Of a stretch of 64,000 nt of DNA, positions 1-8,676 are shown one piece after another; position 1 is the stretch's first letter, and each line of letters starts with the position of its first letter. Source of the DNA: a virus; the IMG/VR virus record IMGVR_UViG_3300027804_000045, positions 32,001 to 96,000 of that record. The stretch is one strand, 5' to 3'. The translations under genes were made by a program, and so were the position numbers. The notes under the pieces were generated by a model. The model was not told the DNA's origin, ran no database searches, and saw only the letters and a list, made by a program, of their open reading frames with translations.

Positions 1-288
1 CTTATTCAATACATTCATAGTTCCATTGACATTGGTGATGTAATAGAGTATGGGCATAGTTTCACTCTTCCCAACATTAACTAGTGCGGCTAAGTGTATG
101 ACAGCATCATATGGATCAGTTTGATCGGGAATAGTGAATAATCTATTGATGTCTACTTTATAGAACTTATCTACAGGTACGATTGGGTCATTGATATCTA
201 ATCCATGAACCTCATAATTACCCTTCAGCATCTTGCATAGATGACTGCCTATATATCCACTACTTCCTGTTACTAATACCTTTTTCAT
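1..288 (-). CDS. galE: NAD-dependent epimerase (UDP-glucose 4-epimerase-like), 5' part; runs off the window
   Basis: Manual translation MKKVLVTGSSGYIGSHL...AVIHLAALVNVGKS...YYITNVNGT: Rossmann TGxxGYIG plus HLAA motif; ATGA overlap with upstream stop. Confidence 0.9.
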   Translation of the reverse strand, partial: MKKVLVTGSSGYIGSHLCKMLKGNYEVHGLDINDPIVPVDKFYKVDINRLFTIPDQTDPYDAVIHLAALVNVGKSETMPILYYITNVNGTMNVLNK

Positions 289-1616
289 AATCCCTCAAAT
301 AAGTTTTCATTTTCTACTGGCACAGTAAATGTTGGATCTTTACTCAACCATGTTTCTTTATCTGTATATATGATTGTATATCTGTGCCTGTTAGATAGTA
401 CGCTTTTGACATCATCGATACAAATCTGTGACCTATTCAAACTTTCAACGTAATCGCTATACTTTATTGTACTATGTGATAATATTCCTGCTGTAGTATT
501 ATTACTGATTTTTGGTTTAAAGTCTTTGAAACATTCGCTATACTTGTGAAATATACCATCTTCTAAAAACTGTTGTGTCTTTAGCACGCCTTCACTATAA
601 TACTTTTCCGGCTTGTCATACTTAGTGTATAGTTCAGACACAATTTTTGCCATGTTCTTTTTATTACAAGTGTAATAATGCTTCTTGTCAAAGTTATGTG
701 TCCAGCGCATGTTTTCTAATGCTACAGTTGGCATGTGTAGTTGCTGTTCAAGAAACGCAATGCCGTAACTTTCTACAGTGCTTGGATTGAATGCTACACG
801 ACAACTTGTGATGAAATCAATCTTTTCTTGCCCGACTACATCATAAGTGATCTTATAATCAGTGATTCCCAGATCACTAAACTTCTTTTCAAACTTCTTA
901 GCACCATTGTTGCTTGTAATAATTCTTGCTGGTAATCCAGTTTGCTTGATCAACTCAAGATATAGTTCTGGGTTCTTACCCTCTTCCCAACGACCAATAA
1001 ACAATACTCCTTCACGGTCATTATTATATTCAGTCAATAAATTTCGTTCAGGTAATGGTATAGGTAAGTGATATGATCCTTCAATCTGTAATCTATTATA
1101 GTTGCTTTGTGTACCTATATAGATGCTCGGCAATTGTAGCTGTAATCGCATCATATCATTGACACTATCTAAGAATGGATTCTTTGTATCTTTAAATAAC
1201 TGACTTTCTAAGTGGGTATAGGCAATGACCTGAATATAGTTTTCTAATCCTAGCGTACTAGCAACTTGTACAGCTTCATATGGATTACAGATGAAAACTT
1301 CATATAGATTTTTTCTTAATGCTTTGATGATACTTTCACGGAAGTTAGCCATGCGCTCATAGTTATAACTATCTCCATACATGAATATGTTTCTATGCTT
1401 GGCATAACTATATGCTTCATCAGGATAAATGACATTTGTATTCAGTAATTCAACGAATTCTTTATTATGCGGAACTGTATCAGTGATGATATCAACTTTA
1501 ATATTGTGGGCGGTCATAATTTCAATAAAACTTTTAGCATACTGACCTACACCGCCAGTCGCTTTCAAGTGTTCGCTACTCATGATGAACCCTATTCTTT
1601 TACTATAATTTCTCAT
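285..1616 (-). CDS. GT-B (GT4-like) glycosyltransferase
   Basis: GGVGQY N-terminal loop, FIGRWEEGKNP, PSTVESYGIAFLE (ExxxxxxxE motif); start set at ATGA overlap. Confidence 0.8.
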   Translation of the reverse strand: MRNYSKRIGFIMSSEHLKATGGVGQYAKSFIEIMTAHNIKVDIITDTVPHNKEFVELLNTNVIYPDEAYSYAKHRNIFMYGDSYNYERMANFRESIIKALRKNLYEVFICNPYEAVQVASTLGLENYIQVIAYTHLESQLFKDTKNPFLDSVNDMMRLQLQLPSIYIGTQSNYNRLQIEGSYHLPIPLPERNLLTEYNNDREGVLFIGRWEEGKNPELYLELIKQTGLPARIITSNNGAKKFEKKFSDLGITDYKITYDVVGQEKIDFITSCRVAFNPSTVESYGIAFLEQQLHMPTVALENMRWTHNFDKKHYYTCNKKNMAKIVSELYTKYDKPEKYYSEGVLKTQQFLEDGIFHKYSECFKDFKPKISNNTTAGILSHSTIKYSDYVESLNRSQICIDDVKSVLSNRHRYTIIYTDKETWLSKDPTFTVPVENENLFEGL

Positions 1617-1963
1617 ATAAAAGTTCTTGCTAATACTAAGCAACTTACTAATACCCATGCTGTATTAAACCACACCATAGTTGGTAATAACTTTTTGTTG
1701 CTTGCCCAAATCAATAAAAGGCTACTGATAAGTGTGATCAAGTAGAACCACCAAACAGTGGTATAGAATAATACTTGCGATACGATGATCGCCATCTTGC
1801 TCAAATAACTAGTTGCTTCGACAAAATTATAATTCGTCCAGTATTTGGGTGATACCCACATTAATAGACATTCTTTTACTTTTTCCCAACCAGTAAGGTA
1901 ATATGTTATACCAGTCAGCACTATACATGCTAAGATTGCTATGCTAATTTGTACTGATGTCAT
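1613..1963 (-). CDS. small multi-pass membrane protein
   Basis: 3-4 hydrophobic segments; ATGA coupling at both ends. Confidence 0.65.
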   Translation of the reverse strand: MTSVQISIAILACIVLTGITYYLTGWEKVKECLLMWVSPKYWTNYNFVEATSYLSKMAIIVSQVLFYTTVWWFYLITLISSLLLIWASNKKLLPTMVWFNTAWVLVSCLVLARTFI

Positions 1964-2187
1964 AATTCTCCCTTCAATTTCTTTATTAGGTATGTGTCTC
2001 TGTCTACCCAAGTATATACTTTATAGATATCTTGATAATCATATTCCTCAGTTTCAACTTTGTATGCCTTTTTCAACCATAACAATTTATCACTACAAGC
2101 ACATCGTCTAGGTAGCCAGCAAATTTTCAATGTCGCTTTCAAAGTGAAAATATGTGGATTTGGAATTTTTTCAACATAGAATGGCAA
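1960..2187 (-). CDS. hypothetical protein
   Basis: ORF tiles the operon; WLPRRC..S.K.LWLKKAY pattern. Confidence 0.65.
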   Translation of the reverse strand: MPFYVEKIPNPHIFTLKATLKICWLPRRCACSDKLLWLKKAYKVETEEYDYQDIYKVYTWVDRDTYLIKKLKGEL

Positions 2188-3051
2188 TCATGTACCCCAA
2201 GCATTCTTGAACAATGGCACTTGAATTCTATCGCTGTATCGTAGTCCATGCTTCATAGCAAGTTCTGCTACTGTGCGATTGTTTAGGCTGTATACACTTT
2301 CAACACCGCCTACTGGCATTAGATAAACATTACCAGTAAAGCCCACGCTACGATATATTTTTATTACCTCTAGTGCCTCTGTACAATCTTCATGTGATGC
2401 AATCACAAACTTTAGATATGTATGGCCTATATCTTGATAACCACATACAACTTCGGGTCGTATTGCTTCTTCTCTCTTCTCTCCGCTCACGCTTAGTTTT
2501 GCGCTTACACTGAATGTCACACTATCATATCCTCGTGTTAGATGCCAGTTCTTATCTTCCTGCCAACTTACAAGATATTCTGCTAGGTCTTTAGATAATT
2601 CTTGTGTACCATTCGTTTCAAAAGTAATCTCTTTGAGATTGTGCATCAATTCATGGTCAAGTAAATCCGGATAACTGCGCTGCCAACCTAGCAATGGCTC
2701 ACCACCTGTGATAACCAAATGTTCATCATTCCACTCTTTATATGGCAATATGTCAACAATATTTTCTGCTAGTTCATCTGTACTATATGTAGGGCTGAGT
2801 TTCTTGAAACGTACATCCCAACTTGCGTAACTATCACAACCAGTACTGACTAATGGCAATTCTTTATAGTCTTTATAATCTTTGGGGTTTACCTTGTGTC
2901 TCTCTTGCGACTTCTCGCCTCGTTTCATTCCAAAGCCATCGCAAGTGAAATTACAACCAAACGTGCGTAAGAACACGCTAGGCACGCCCATGTAACGTCC
3001 TTCACCTTGAATGCTATAGAATAGTTCGCTGACCTTGATTGACTTCTTCAT
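2188..3051 (-). CDS. queE: 7-carboxy-7-deazaguanine synthase (radical SAM)
   Basis: ELFYSIQGEG, FLRTFGC, TGGEPLL, FETNGT, YLMP motifs; Cx3Cx34C cluster variant. Confidence 0.92.
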   Translation of the reverse strand: MKKSIKVSELFYSIQGEGRYMGVPSVFLRTFGCNFTCDGFGMKRGEKSQERHKVNPKDYKDYKELPLVSTGCDSYASWDVRFKKLSPTYSTDELAENIVDILPYKEWNDEHLVITGGEPLLGWQRSYPDLLDHELMHNLKEITFETNGTQELSKDLAEYLVSWQEDKNWHLTRGYDSVTFSVSAKLSVSGEKREEAIRPEVVCGYQDIGHTYLKFVIASHEDCTEALEVIKIYRSVGFTGNVYLMPVGGVESVYSLNNRTVAELAMKHGLRYSDRIQVPLFKNAWGT

Positions 3052-3439
3052 TCAGATACCTTAGTAATTCTTTGTCTGTAGGTTGTACGTTATAGTTTTG
3101 TTTATAAAATATCTCATAACTATCGCTACCATACTTACCAATACCATACAACATATTAGCATCTACTTTGTCCCAAGTCAAGTAATCACGGCTCATACCG
3201 CGCAATCTCTTCTCCCTGATATTATACATACCGAGGGGCTTGATGATATCTATAACTTGTTCTGGTGTACTATTTAGGAGACTTTTTGCGTTTGGAAACT
3301 TTTTTAGGAACTTTGGAAGCACGTACTTTACTGGCTTTCTTCCTGTCTGGTTTAGCATTATCACTCCGACCATGTGTTCCCACTCGTTCTTTACTTGCTG
3401 TTGGACCATCAGATCGTCTCTTAGTGCTTTTACTTTCAA
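3014..3439 (-). CDS. MBD4-like HhH-GPD DNA glycosylase
   Basis: IMLNQT, KFP, IKPLG, LYGIGKYGSDSYEIF, QPTDKEL match the MBD4 glycosylase domain (LHGIGKYGNDSYRIF, HPEDHKL); TTG start with GGAG RBS. Confidence 0.85.
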   Translation of the reverse strand: MKVKALRDDLMVQQQVKNEWEHMVGVIMLNQTGRKPVKYVLPKFLKKFPNAKSLLNSTPEQVIDIIKPLGMYNIREKRLRGMSRDYLTWDKVDANMLYGIGKYGSDSYEIFYKQNYNVQPTDKELLRYLNEEVNQGQRTIL

Positions 3440-3608
3440 TTTGTTTCTCCCTTATTTTTAGTGTACCATCAACTATACCATACTCTGTAGTCTCAGTTAC
3501 CAATTGGTAACCATTGAAAACTACTATTTTTTCAGTGGTTTCACGCGCCAGAAAATCTCTGAACTCACAAAGACTATTCCATTTTAGTTTTTTAGGTGTG
3601 TATATCAT
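3270..3608 (-). CDS. hypothetical protein; basic C-terminal tail overlaps the glycosylase gene
   Basis: ATGA-coupled start; only the first ~55 aa lie outside the overlap. Confidence 0.45.
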   Translation of the reverse strand: MIYTPKKLKWNSLCEFRDFLARETTEKIVVFNGYQLVTETTEYGIVDGTLKIREKQIESKSTKRRSDGPTASKERVGTHGRSDNAKPDRKKASKVRASKVPKKVSKRKKSPK

Positions 3609-3913
3609 AGCCAGCGTAGTTTATACCAGTTTACTTCTTTATCGCTTTTTAGATATAATCTAACACGATAACTGTCAGTAGTCCAAGCCCAAACTTTAGT
3701 TTCATCTATTGCTAAAAAATGTAGCTCACTACTAGGGCCAAATGTTTCCCAACACCAATTACGTATTTGTTTGAATTGTTCTCGTTGAATATAATTAAAG
3801 TCTATACGATATTGAAAAACTTCATTACCGGTAAATCTACCGTCTAAGAGTTTTGGTTCCGGAATAGCAGGATTACTAAAGAAAGTTCTATTAGTAATTG
3901 TTCTTTTTTTCAT
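3605..3913 (-). CDS. hypothetical protein (small xxWYxLxW-ending family)
   Basis: WCWETFGPSSE...EVNWYKLRWL; ATGA coupling. Confidence 0.7.
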   Translation of the reverse strand: MKKRTITNRTFFSNPAIPEPKLLDGRFTGNEVFQYRIDFNYIQREQFKQIRNWCWETFGPSSELHFLAIDETKVWAWTTDSYRVRLYLKSDKEVNWYKLRWL

Positions 3914-4128
3914 ACCCATGTTAACACGAACCACTCATAATCTTTAATATGTCTAAATCTTATAGTAAACAATCTATCGCCGTTTAGCGACCAAATAGTA
4001 TGTTTTCTATGTCCCGGGATGTTTTTTTGTAGCCACATCATCAATTCTTCAAATTGTTCATCTGATTTTACTTTGAAACTTGCTGTATACCAGTTGCGTT
4101 TATAATTATCCCACTTAGATGGATTCAT
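3910..4128 (-). CDS. hypothetical protein (small xxWFxLxW-ending family)
   Basis: Ends IRFRHIKDYEWFVLTWV; tiles the operon. Confidence 0.7.
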   Translation of the reverse strand: MNPSKWDNYKRNWYTASFKVKSDEQFEELMMWLQKNIPGHRKHTIWSLNGDRLFTIRFRHIKDYEWFVLTWV

Positions 4129-4888
4129 TTGGGTAAGGATCTATAACTTCGTTTTTTGTCATGTAATTATAGAATTTTTCGGCTATCTGTTTATGACCTA
4201 ACAACGTAGGATGTGAAGTCATTTCTACTCCCATACTGTTAATACTATAGAAACGCTTGTCATCACCACCAAACCAATTAAACTTTTTAACAAAATCCAT
4301 TTGCATTTTATCAAAATAAATTGTAGGATTAGCCATGCTTGAAAACAAATACCTTATATTATATTTTTCAAAAAACATACCCAATAGATTGATTTGTTGA
4401 AACCACAGCGCAGCCCAAAATTTATTATTAAATGTTTTATAATAACTTTCTAGAAACTGTTTGTCTATCTCGTCGGGACTGTCCCATGAAGGCCAATTAG
4501 GTATATCTCTTTCTCTAATAGTTTGATTTTGATTTACTAAAGTCCAACAGTCGTAATATTCGCTGAAATATTCTATCCTAGCAGGACCTGACCATTGTAT
4601 TACTGCTATCCATTCTGACATATCTTCATTGTTGTGAATTTTCGGTAGGAAAAAATCTAAAGTTTTACGGGCTATTCTATAATTGGAGCCACAACCCATG
4701 CTCTGATTATGAAATTCTGTACATGAAAATAAATCAGATAGATGCTTTGGCCAAGTCACACTTAAGCGCCATTTATTCAATTCTGTATCACAAGTATCAT
4801 TTAATAATTGGCCAGTATATTCATCGTGAAGTGTTTTTATTAGGTCGCCACCCCAGGTGAAACTACAACCATTGGCATATAATTTCAT
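4115..4888 (-). CDS. SGNH/GDSL-like protein (GCS-type)
   Basis: YANGCSFTWG, TWP, GCGSN, IQWS, HPT..GH motifs. Confidence 0.7.
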   Translation of the reverse strand: MKLYANGCSFTWGGDLIKTLHDEYTGQLLNDTCDTELNKWRLSVTWPKHLSDLFSCTEFHNQSMGCGSNYRIARKTLDFFLPKIHNNEDMSEWIAVIQWSGPARIEYFSEYYDCWTLVNQNQTIRERDIPNWPSWDSPDEIDKQFLESYYKTFNNKFWAALWFQQINLLGMFFEKYNIRYLFSSMANPTIYFDKMQMDFVKKFNWFGGDDKRFYSINSMGVEMTSHPTLLGHKQIAEKFYNYMTKNEVIDPYPNESI

Positions 4889-5346
4889 ACTCTATCGTCC
4901 ATTTCTTTCTTTATCCAACTATGCAAATTTTTATTTGCTTCTGCCTCGATGACACGTTCGCGTAATTCTGTAGTGCTGAAACTATGCTTACGTTTATTGA
5001 AATGAAATTTCATACCCATATCAATGCAAACTTCACGACCAGTAAAGTCACGATGTTCATATTCTTCACCTAGTATACGTATATTGATAGGATATGCTAA
5101 TAATATGTCAATCAATTCTTTTTCAGTGGCATAGACAACGATTTCGTCTACATACTTGCAAGCCTGTAATTGTGTGTACCTTTCAAATACGCTTTGCACA
5201 GGGCTATTTTTAGTAGGTCTATCAATAGTAGGATCAGTCTGTAGCCCTACGATGAGATAATCACAGACCTTCTTTGCATCTTTCAACATTAATATATGAC
5301 CTGCGTGAAACAGATCAAATGTTGCGCAAGTGAAGCCTACAGTCAT
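4885..5346 (-). CDS. cytidylyltransferase (glycerol-3-phosphate CT / TagD-like)
   Basis: FDLFHAGH (HIGH), GLQTDP, ER, YVDE, FSTTELR. Confidence 0.88.
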   Translation of the reverse strand: MTVGFTCATFDLFHAGHILMLKDAKKVCDYLIVGLQTDPTIDRPTKNSPVQSVFERYTQLQACKYVDEIVVYATEKELIDILLAYPINIRILGEEYEHRDFTGREVCIDMGMKFHFNKRKHSFSTTELRERVIEAEANKNLHSWIKKEMDDRV

Positions 5347-5816
5347 GTAGTCACCCACCATTCTTCCCAGGGGAATACGCACCATTCTGGATTTTCAAAT
5401 TTGTTAATTGCTAATCCATAGTAATCAACACTCTCATCGCTAGCTTCATTGTGTATACAGGTAGCAAATCTTACATTATGTCCCCAAACATTAGACCATT
5501 TGTCATCGTTAGGTAAGCAACTACTACGCCAGTCTTTTTTAATTTGACCTATGGTAAATCCTGTATCATTGATATCGTCAATCACAAGGATATTCTTACC
5601 ATTAAATGCATCTTCTGACATCCAACAATTAGTCTCGTCTTTACCTAAAGCATTCATAGGGATGTCAAGATAATGACTAAGTTTAACAGCAGGAACTAAT
5701 CCACCTCTCGTCACGCCAACAATATATTCAGGACGAAAATCATCCCTATACATTTGCCTTGCTATATTTAATATATAACTATTGATTTGTGCCGGGGTGT
5801 AATAAACTCTTTTCAT
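5343..5816 (-). CDS. gpt: purine (xanthine/guanine) phosphoribosyltransferase
   Basis: VTRGGLVPA, ILVIDDINDTGFT PRPP loop, WCVFPWE C-terminus. Confidence 0.85.
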   Translation of the reverse strand: MKRVYYTPAQINSYILNIARQMYRDDFRPEYIVGVTRGGLVPAVKLSHYLDIPMNALGKDETNCWMSEDAFNGKNILVIDDINDTGFTIGQIKKDWRSSCLPNDDKWSNVWGHNVRFATCIHNEASDESVDYYGLAINKFENPEWCVFPWEEWWVTT

Positions 5817-5817
5817 A

Positions 5818-6309
5818 TCATCCTTCGTATATGGCACTATTACTGTCATGCTCAAATACCTCTACACTTTTTACACGAACTTGTCCATTCACGATGATGC
5901 CTGGAGTCGCTTTCATTTCTTCAATGATCTCAGCCATCTTTTTGTATGCCATCTCAGCAAATTTTTCACAGCCTACTGCTGGAACGATGCGTAGATCAAG
6001 TATGCCTAGATCCTTGTAGCCACCTTTGATCTCAGCAAGTCTCTTAAATGTTTCAAGTTCTGGATCATCTTCAGCGACAAGCGTAGTATGATCAAACATA
6101 TATTCAGCCCATTGTTTGAACTTCTTTAGCCCGCCAAAGTCCATAACCCAGTTACGACAATCAAGTGTTTCCGCCTCAAAGACTAAACGTATGCCAATGC
6201 TGTATCCATGTATGAGGCTACAGTGGCTATGTGTGCTGCGCCATTGACGGAACGCGCAACTCAAGCCACGATCATTGCCATATGTCTTTGTGCTGTAATA
6301 CTTAGCCAT
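5818..6309 (-). CDS. queD: 6-carboxy-tetrahydropterin synthase (PTPS fold)
   Basis: SHCSLIHGY, WVMDFGGLK, FDH, GCE, VEVFEH...A.Y. Confidence 0.88.
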   Translation of the reverse strand: MAKYYSTKTYGNDRGLSCAFRQWRSTHSHCSLIHGYSIGIRLVFEAETLDCRNWVMDFGGLKKFKQWAEYMFDHTTLVAEDDPELETFKRLAEIKGGYKDLGILDLRIVPAVGCEKFAEMAYKKMAEIIEEMKATPGIIVNGQVRVKSVEVFEHDSNSAIYEG

Positions 6310-6469
6310 TCTTGTTCTCGTATTCTTCAGCAATCTTGTTCTTTAATGTTTCAAATAACGGATCCAATGCTATACTAGGATTTAATTCTAGTTCGGTATC
6401 AGTGATACAATTCTTGTCATAAATCACTACTACCTTATCACCCTTATTATTTTCAAATGTTAACTTCAT
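6302..6469 (-). CDS. hypothetical protein, 55 aa (not in ORF track)
   Basis: MKLTFENNKGDKVVVIYDK...EEYENKNG*; fills the sufE-queD gap with overlaps at both ends. Confidence 0.6.
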   Translation of the reverse strand: MKLTFENNKGDKVVVIYDKNCITDTELELNPSIALDPLFETLKNKIAEEYENKNG

Positions 6470-6891
6470 GTTGGTTCCCCTACAAATATTTTTGCCTGCT
6501 CTTTTACCATATTGAGCATGTTATATGCACCATTACGGCGATTCATGCTTAGTATATTACCTAAATCAAGTTCTGTCATCAGATTACGGTCATTCTCAAC
6601 GATATCTTTTGGACTGCTGCCACTATAGATATCGCTGACTAATGACACTGTGCCCTTCACGATAGCTGCATCACTATCACATAGATACTGAATAGTGCCA
6701 TTTTCATATTTAGGCACAAGCCATACTTGGCTCATGCACCCATGCACCTTGAAATTTTCTAATCTAAACTCTTCTGGAAATGGCTTTGCTTTACGTCCTA
6801 AGTCGATAAGGAACTTATAACGTTCAGTATTATCAACAAACATTGATAATATTGTTTTATACTGATCTATCTTTTGATTTATCAACGCCAT
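6466..6891 (-). CDS. sufE: Fe-S assembly sulfur acceptor
   Basis: RYKFLIDLG, VHGCMSQVWL, DSDAAIVKG, LSMNRRNG. Confidence 0.92.
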   Translation of the reverse strand: MALINQKIDQYKTILSMFVDNTERYKFLIDLGRKAKPFPEEFRLENFKVHGCMSQVWLVPKYENGTIQYLCDSDAAIVKGTVSLVSDIYSGSSPKDIVENDRNLMTELDLGNILSMNRRNGAYNMLNMVKEQAKIFVGEPT

Positions 6892-7094
6892 CCCCTCGCT
6901 ACGATTACTCCATATCTAAACATATGTTTTTCGACATCATGCTTTTCCAATGCTTCTTCAACTAATTTTATCATCTTTTCGCTATTACCACAAATGATTT
7001 CCAATGGAAATTCTTTTTGATTCATATAAACAAAATCTTCAACCATGACTGTTACATCACAGTGGCGAATACCATGTAAATCAAGCTTTCTCAT
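6882..7094 (-). CDS. stand-alone Smr-domain protein
   Basis: KLDLHG start, IICGNS. Confidence 0.75.
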   Translation of the reverse strand: MRKLDLHGIRHCDVTVMVEDFVYMNQKEFPLEIICGNSEKMIKLVEEALEKHDVEKHMFRYGVIVARGWR

Positions 7095-7437
7095 TTGGTA
7101 TAAAGTTTTTGTCTACGCTAGGTAAACAACCTGCAACTATCCACCACCAGAAATTGATGAATGGTACGAACCACAACAATACCCATAATGGATGTATGTC
7201 TGCGTCACGGCATCGCCTTACAGTTGTTGCTAGTGTTAGCCACACACTACCAACTAACCAGGCTAATGTTAGCACGATAATAAGAAAGCCACCGGTCATG
7301 GGACTAGCAAAAGCAACTATACCTGCTAATATAACTGAGACAACATATACCATCCAACCTACAAAAAATGTAAGTAGTGTAGTTGCCCAATATTCTTGGC
7401 GTTTTGCTAAACCTTGAAAACTAAAATATTTTGTCAT
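7081..7437 (-). CDS. DUF805 membrane protein
   Basis: YFSFQG.A.R.EYW, VRRCRD, LLWFVPF. Confidence 0.82.
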   Translation of the reverse strand: MTKYFSFQGLAKRQEYWATTLLTFFVGWMVYVVSVILAGIVAFASPMTGGFLIIVLTLAWLVGSVWLTLATTVRRCRDADIHPLWVLLWFVPFINFWWWIVAGCLPSVDKNFIPNEKA

Positions 7438-7825
7438 CAGTGATCTCTCCTATCCTTTTATAACCTTTAGTAGTTGGATGTACACCGTCGTTTGATAGAT
7501 ATGGAATACGTAAAGTCCAATCTTCAAACATCTCGGCGACATTTTCTACTGTTTGCTGAATCTCTAAATTATTAGCGGGTAGTATCCAATATACTTTATC
7601 TGCTTGAACACGATTACGCAAGTTGATCAATTCATTGATCGTCTTGATATTTTTATAGTCATTAGATCCTAGACTGATCACTACAATTTTGGCAGCAAAA
7701 TCAATCTTATATTTTCTATTGAAATCTCGGCTATTGATTCCAACTTGCGCATAACTGTCACATTCTGGTCTTGTAGAATGTGCCCCTACAGCTATGCTAT
7801 CACCAAGAAATAGACACTCAATCAT
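7421..7825 (-). CDS. SGNH/GDSL hydrolase
   Basis: GDSIA, SLGSND, DGVHP catalytic blocks. Confidence 0.85.
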   Translation of the reverse strand: MIECLFLGDSIAVGAHSTRPECDSYAQVGINSRDFNRKYKIDFAAKIVVISLGSNDYKNIKTINELINLRNRVQADKVYWILPANNLEIQQTVENVAEMFEDWTLRIPYLSNDGVHPTTKGYKRIGEITDDKIF

Positions 7826-8292
7826 TCTGTATACCTCTTTTGATTTTCTGCTTGCCAAACACGCTCACGCAAGTTCGTGCTACTGAAACTATGATCTCTT
7901 CCATTGAACACAAGTTTTATCTTACGCTTCTCGCAAATTGCTCGACCAGTGAACTCACTTTGCATATACTCAACACCTAATATGCGAACGTCAATTGGTA
8001 ATGTGAGCAATATATCTTCTAGGTCCTTTTCGCTATTGTAGACAACAATTTCGTCTACAAAACGCACAGCACTTAGTTGAATCTGACGTTCAACTAAACT
8101 CTGAATAGGTGCGTTCTTTTGTGGTCTATCCCAGCTTGCGTTATTTTGCAATCCGCAAATCAAGTAATCACAATGATTCTTTGCCTCTGCTAACATAGCA
8201 ATATGACCTGCATGTAATAGGTCAAACTGACTAAAGGTAATACCAATAATCAGTCCCTTATCCTTCAAATCTTTTACTTTGTTGAATATCAT
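7822..8292 (-). CDS. second TagD-like cytidylyltransferase
   Basis: FDLLHAGH, ER, FVDE, HSFSSTNLR; paralog of 4885..5346. Confidence 0.88.
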   Translation of the reverse strand: MIFNKVKDLKDKGLIIGITFSQFDLLHAGHIAMLAEAKNHCDYLICGLQNNASWDRPQKNAPIQSLVERQIQLSAVRFVDEIVVYNSEKDLEDILLTLPIDVRILGVEYMQSEFTGRAICEKRKIKLVFNGRDHSFSSTNLRERVWQAENQKRYTE

Positions 8293-8525
8293 CTTTTCAA
8301 CTCACTCCATACACGTTTTTTATCTTGTTCTTCTAACCATTCTTCTTCGCCACTAAATGTTGGCTGACGTTTTATACACTCATCAAGCAACCACTTGATT
8401 TCATATAATTCTTTTTTGATTCCCCATTGAGTGAAACCGTCATTGTAAGTGCTACAGATTTCTCCATGAGCCGTCAACAACTGCATCTTTACAACATGTG
8501 CTTCTAGCGGTTTCCTAAATCCCAT
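8289..8525 (-). CDS. hypothetical protein
   Basis: YNDGFTQWGIKKELY...PTFSGEEEWL; tiles the operon. Confidence 0.7.
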   Translation of the reverse strand: MGFRKPLEAHVVKMQLLTAHGEICSTYNDGFTQWGIKKELYEIKWLLDECIKRQPTFSGEEEWLEEQDKKRVWSELKR

Positions 8526-8676
8526 TTGCCACCTTGTTGGTATCAATAATAATTTCTAATGCCTGCTTAAGCAACTTCTCTAGTTCCCAAAGTTTCTTTT
8601 CGTTGAGTTCTAGTTTGGCTTCTAATGTACAGACCTTAGTGAATAACTCTGTGTCGAAATCACTTCCTTCTTTCAT
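8515..8676 (-). CDS. hypothetical coiled-coil protein, 53 aa (not in ORF track)
   Basis: MKEGSDFDTELFTKVCTLEAKL...VANGI*; ATGA overlap with folE stop. Confidence 0.6.
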   Translation of the reverse strand: MKEGSDFDTELFTKVCTLEAKLELNEKKLWELEKLLKQALEIIIDTNKVANGI

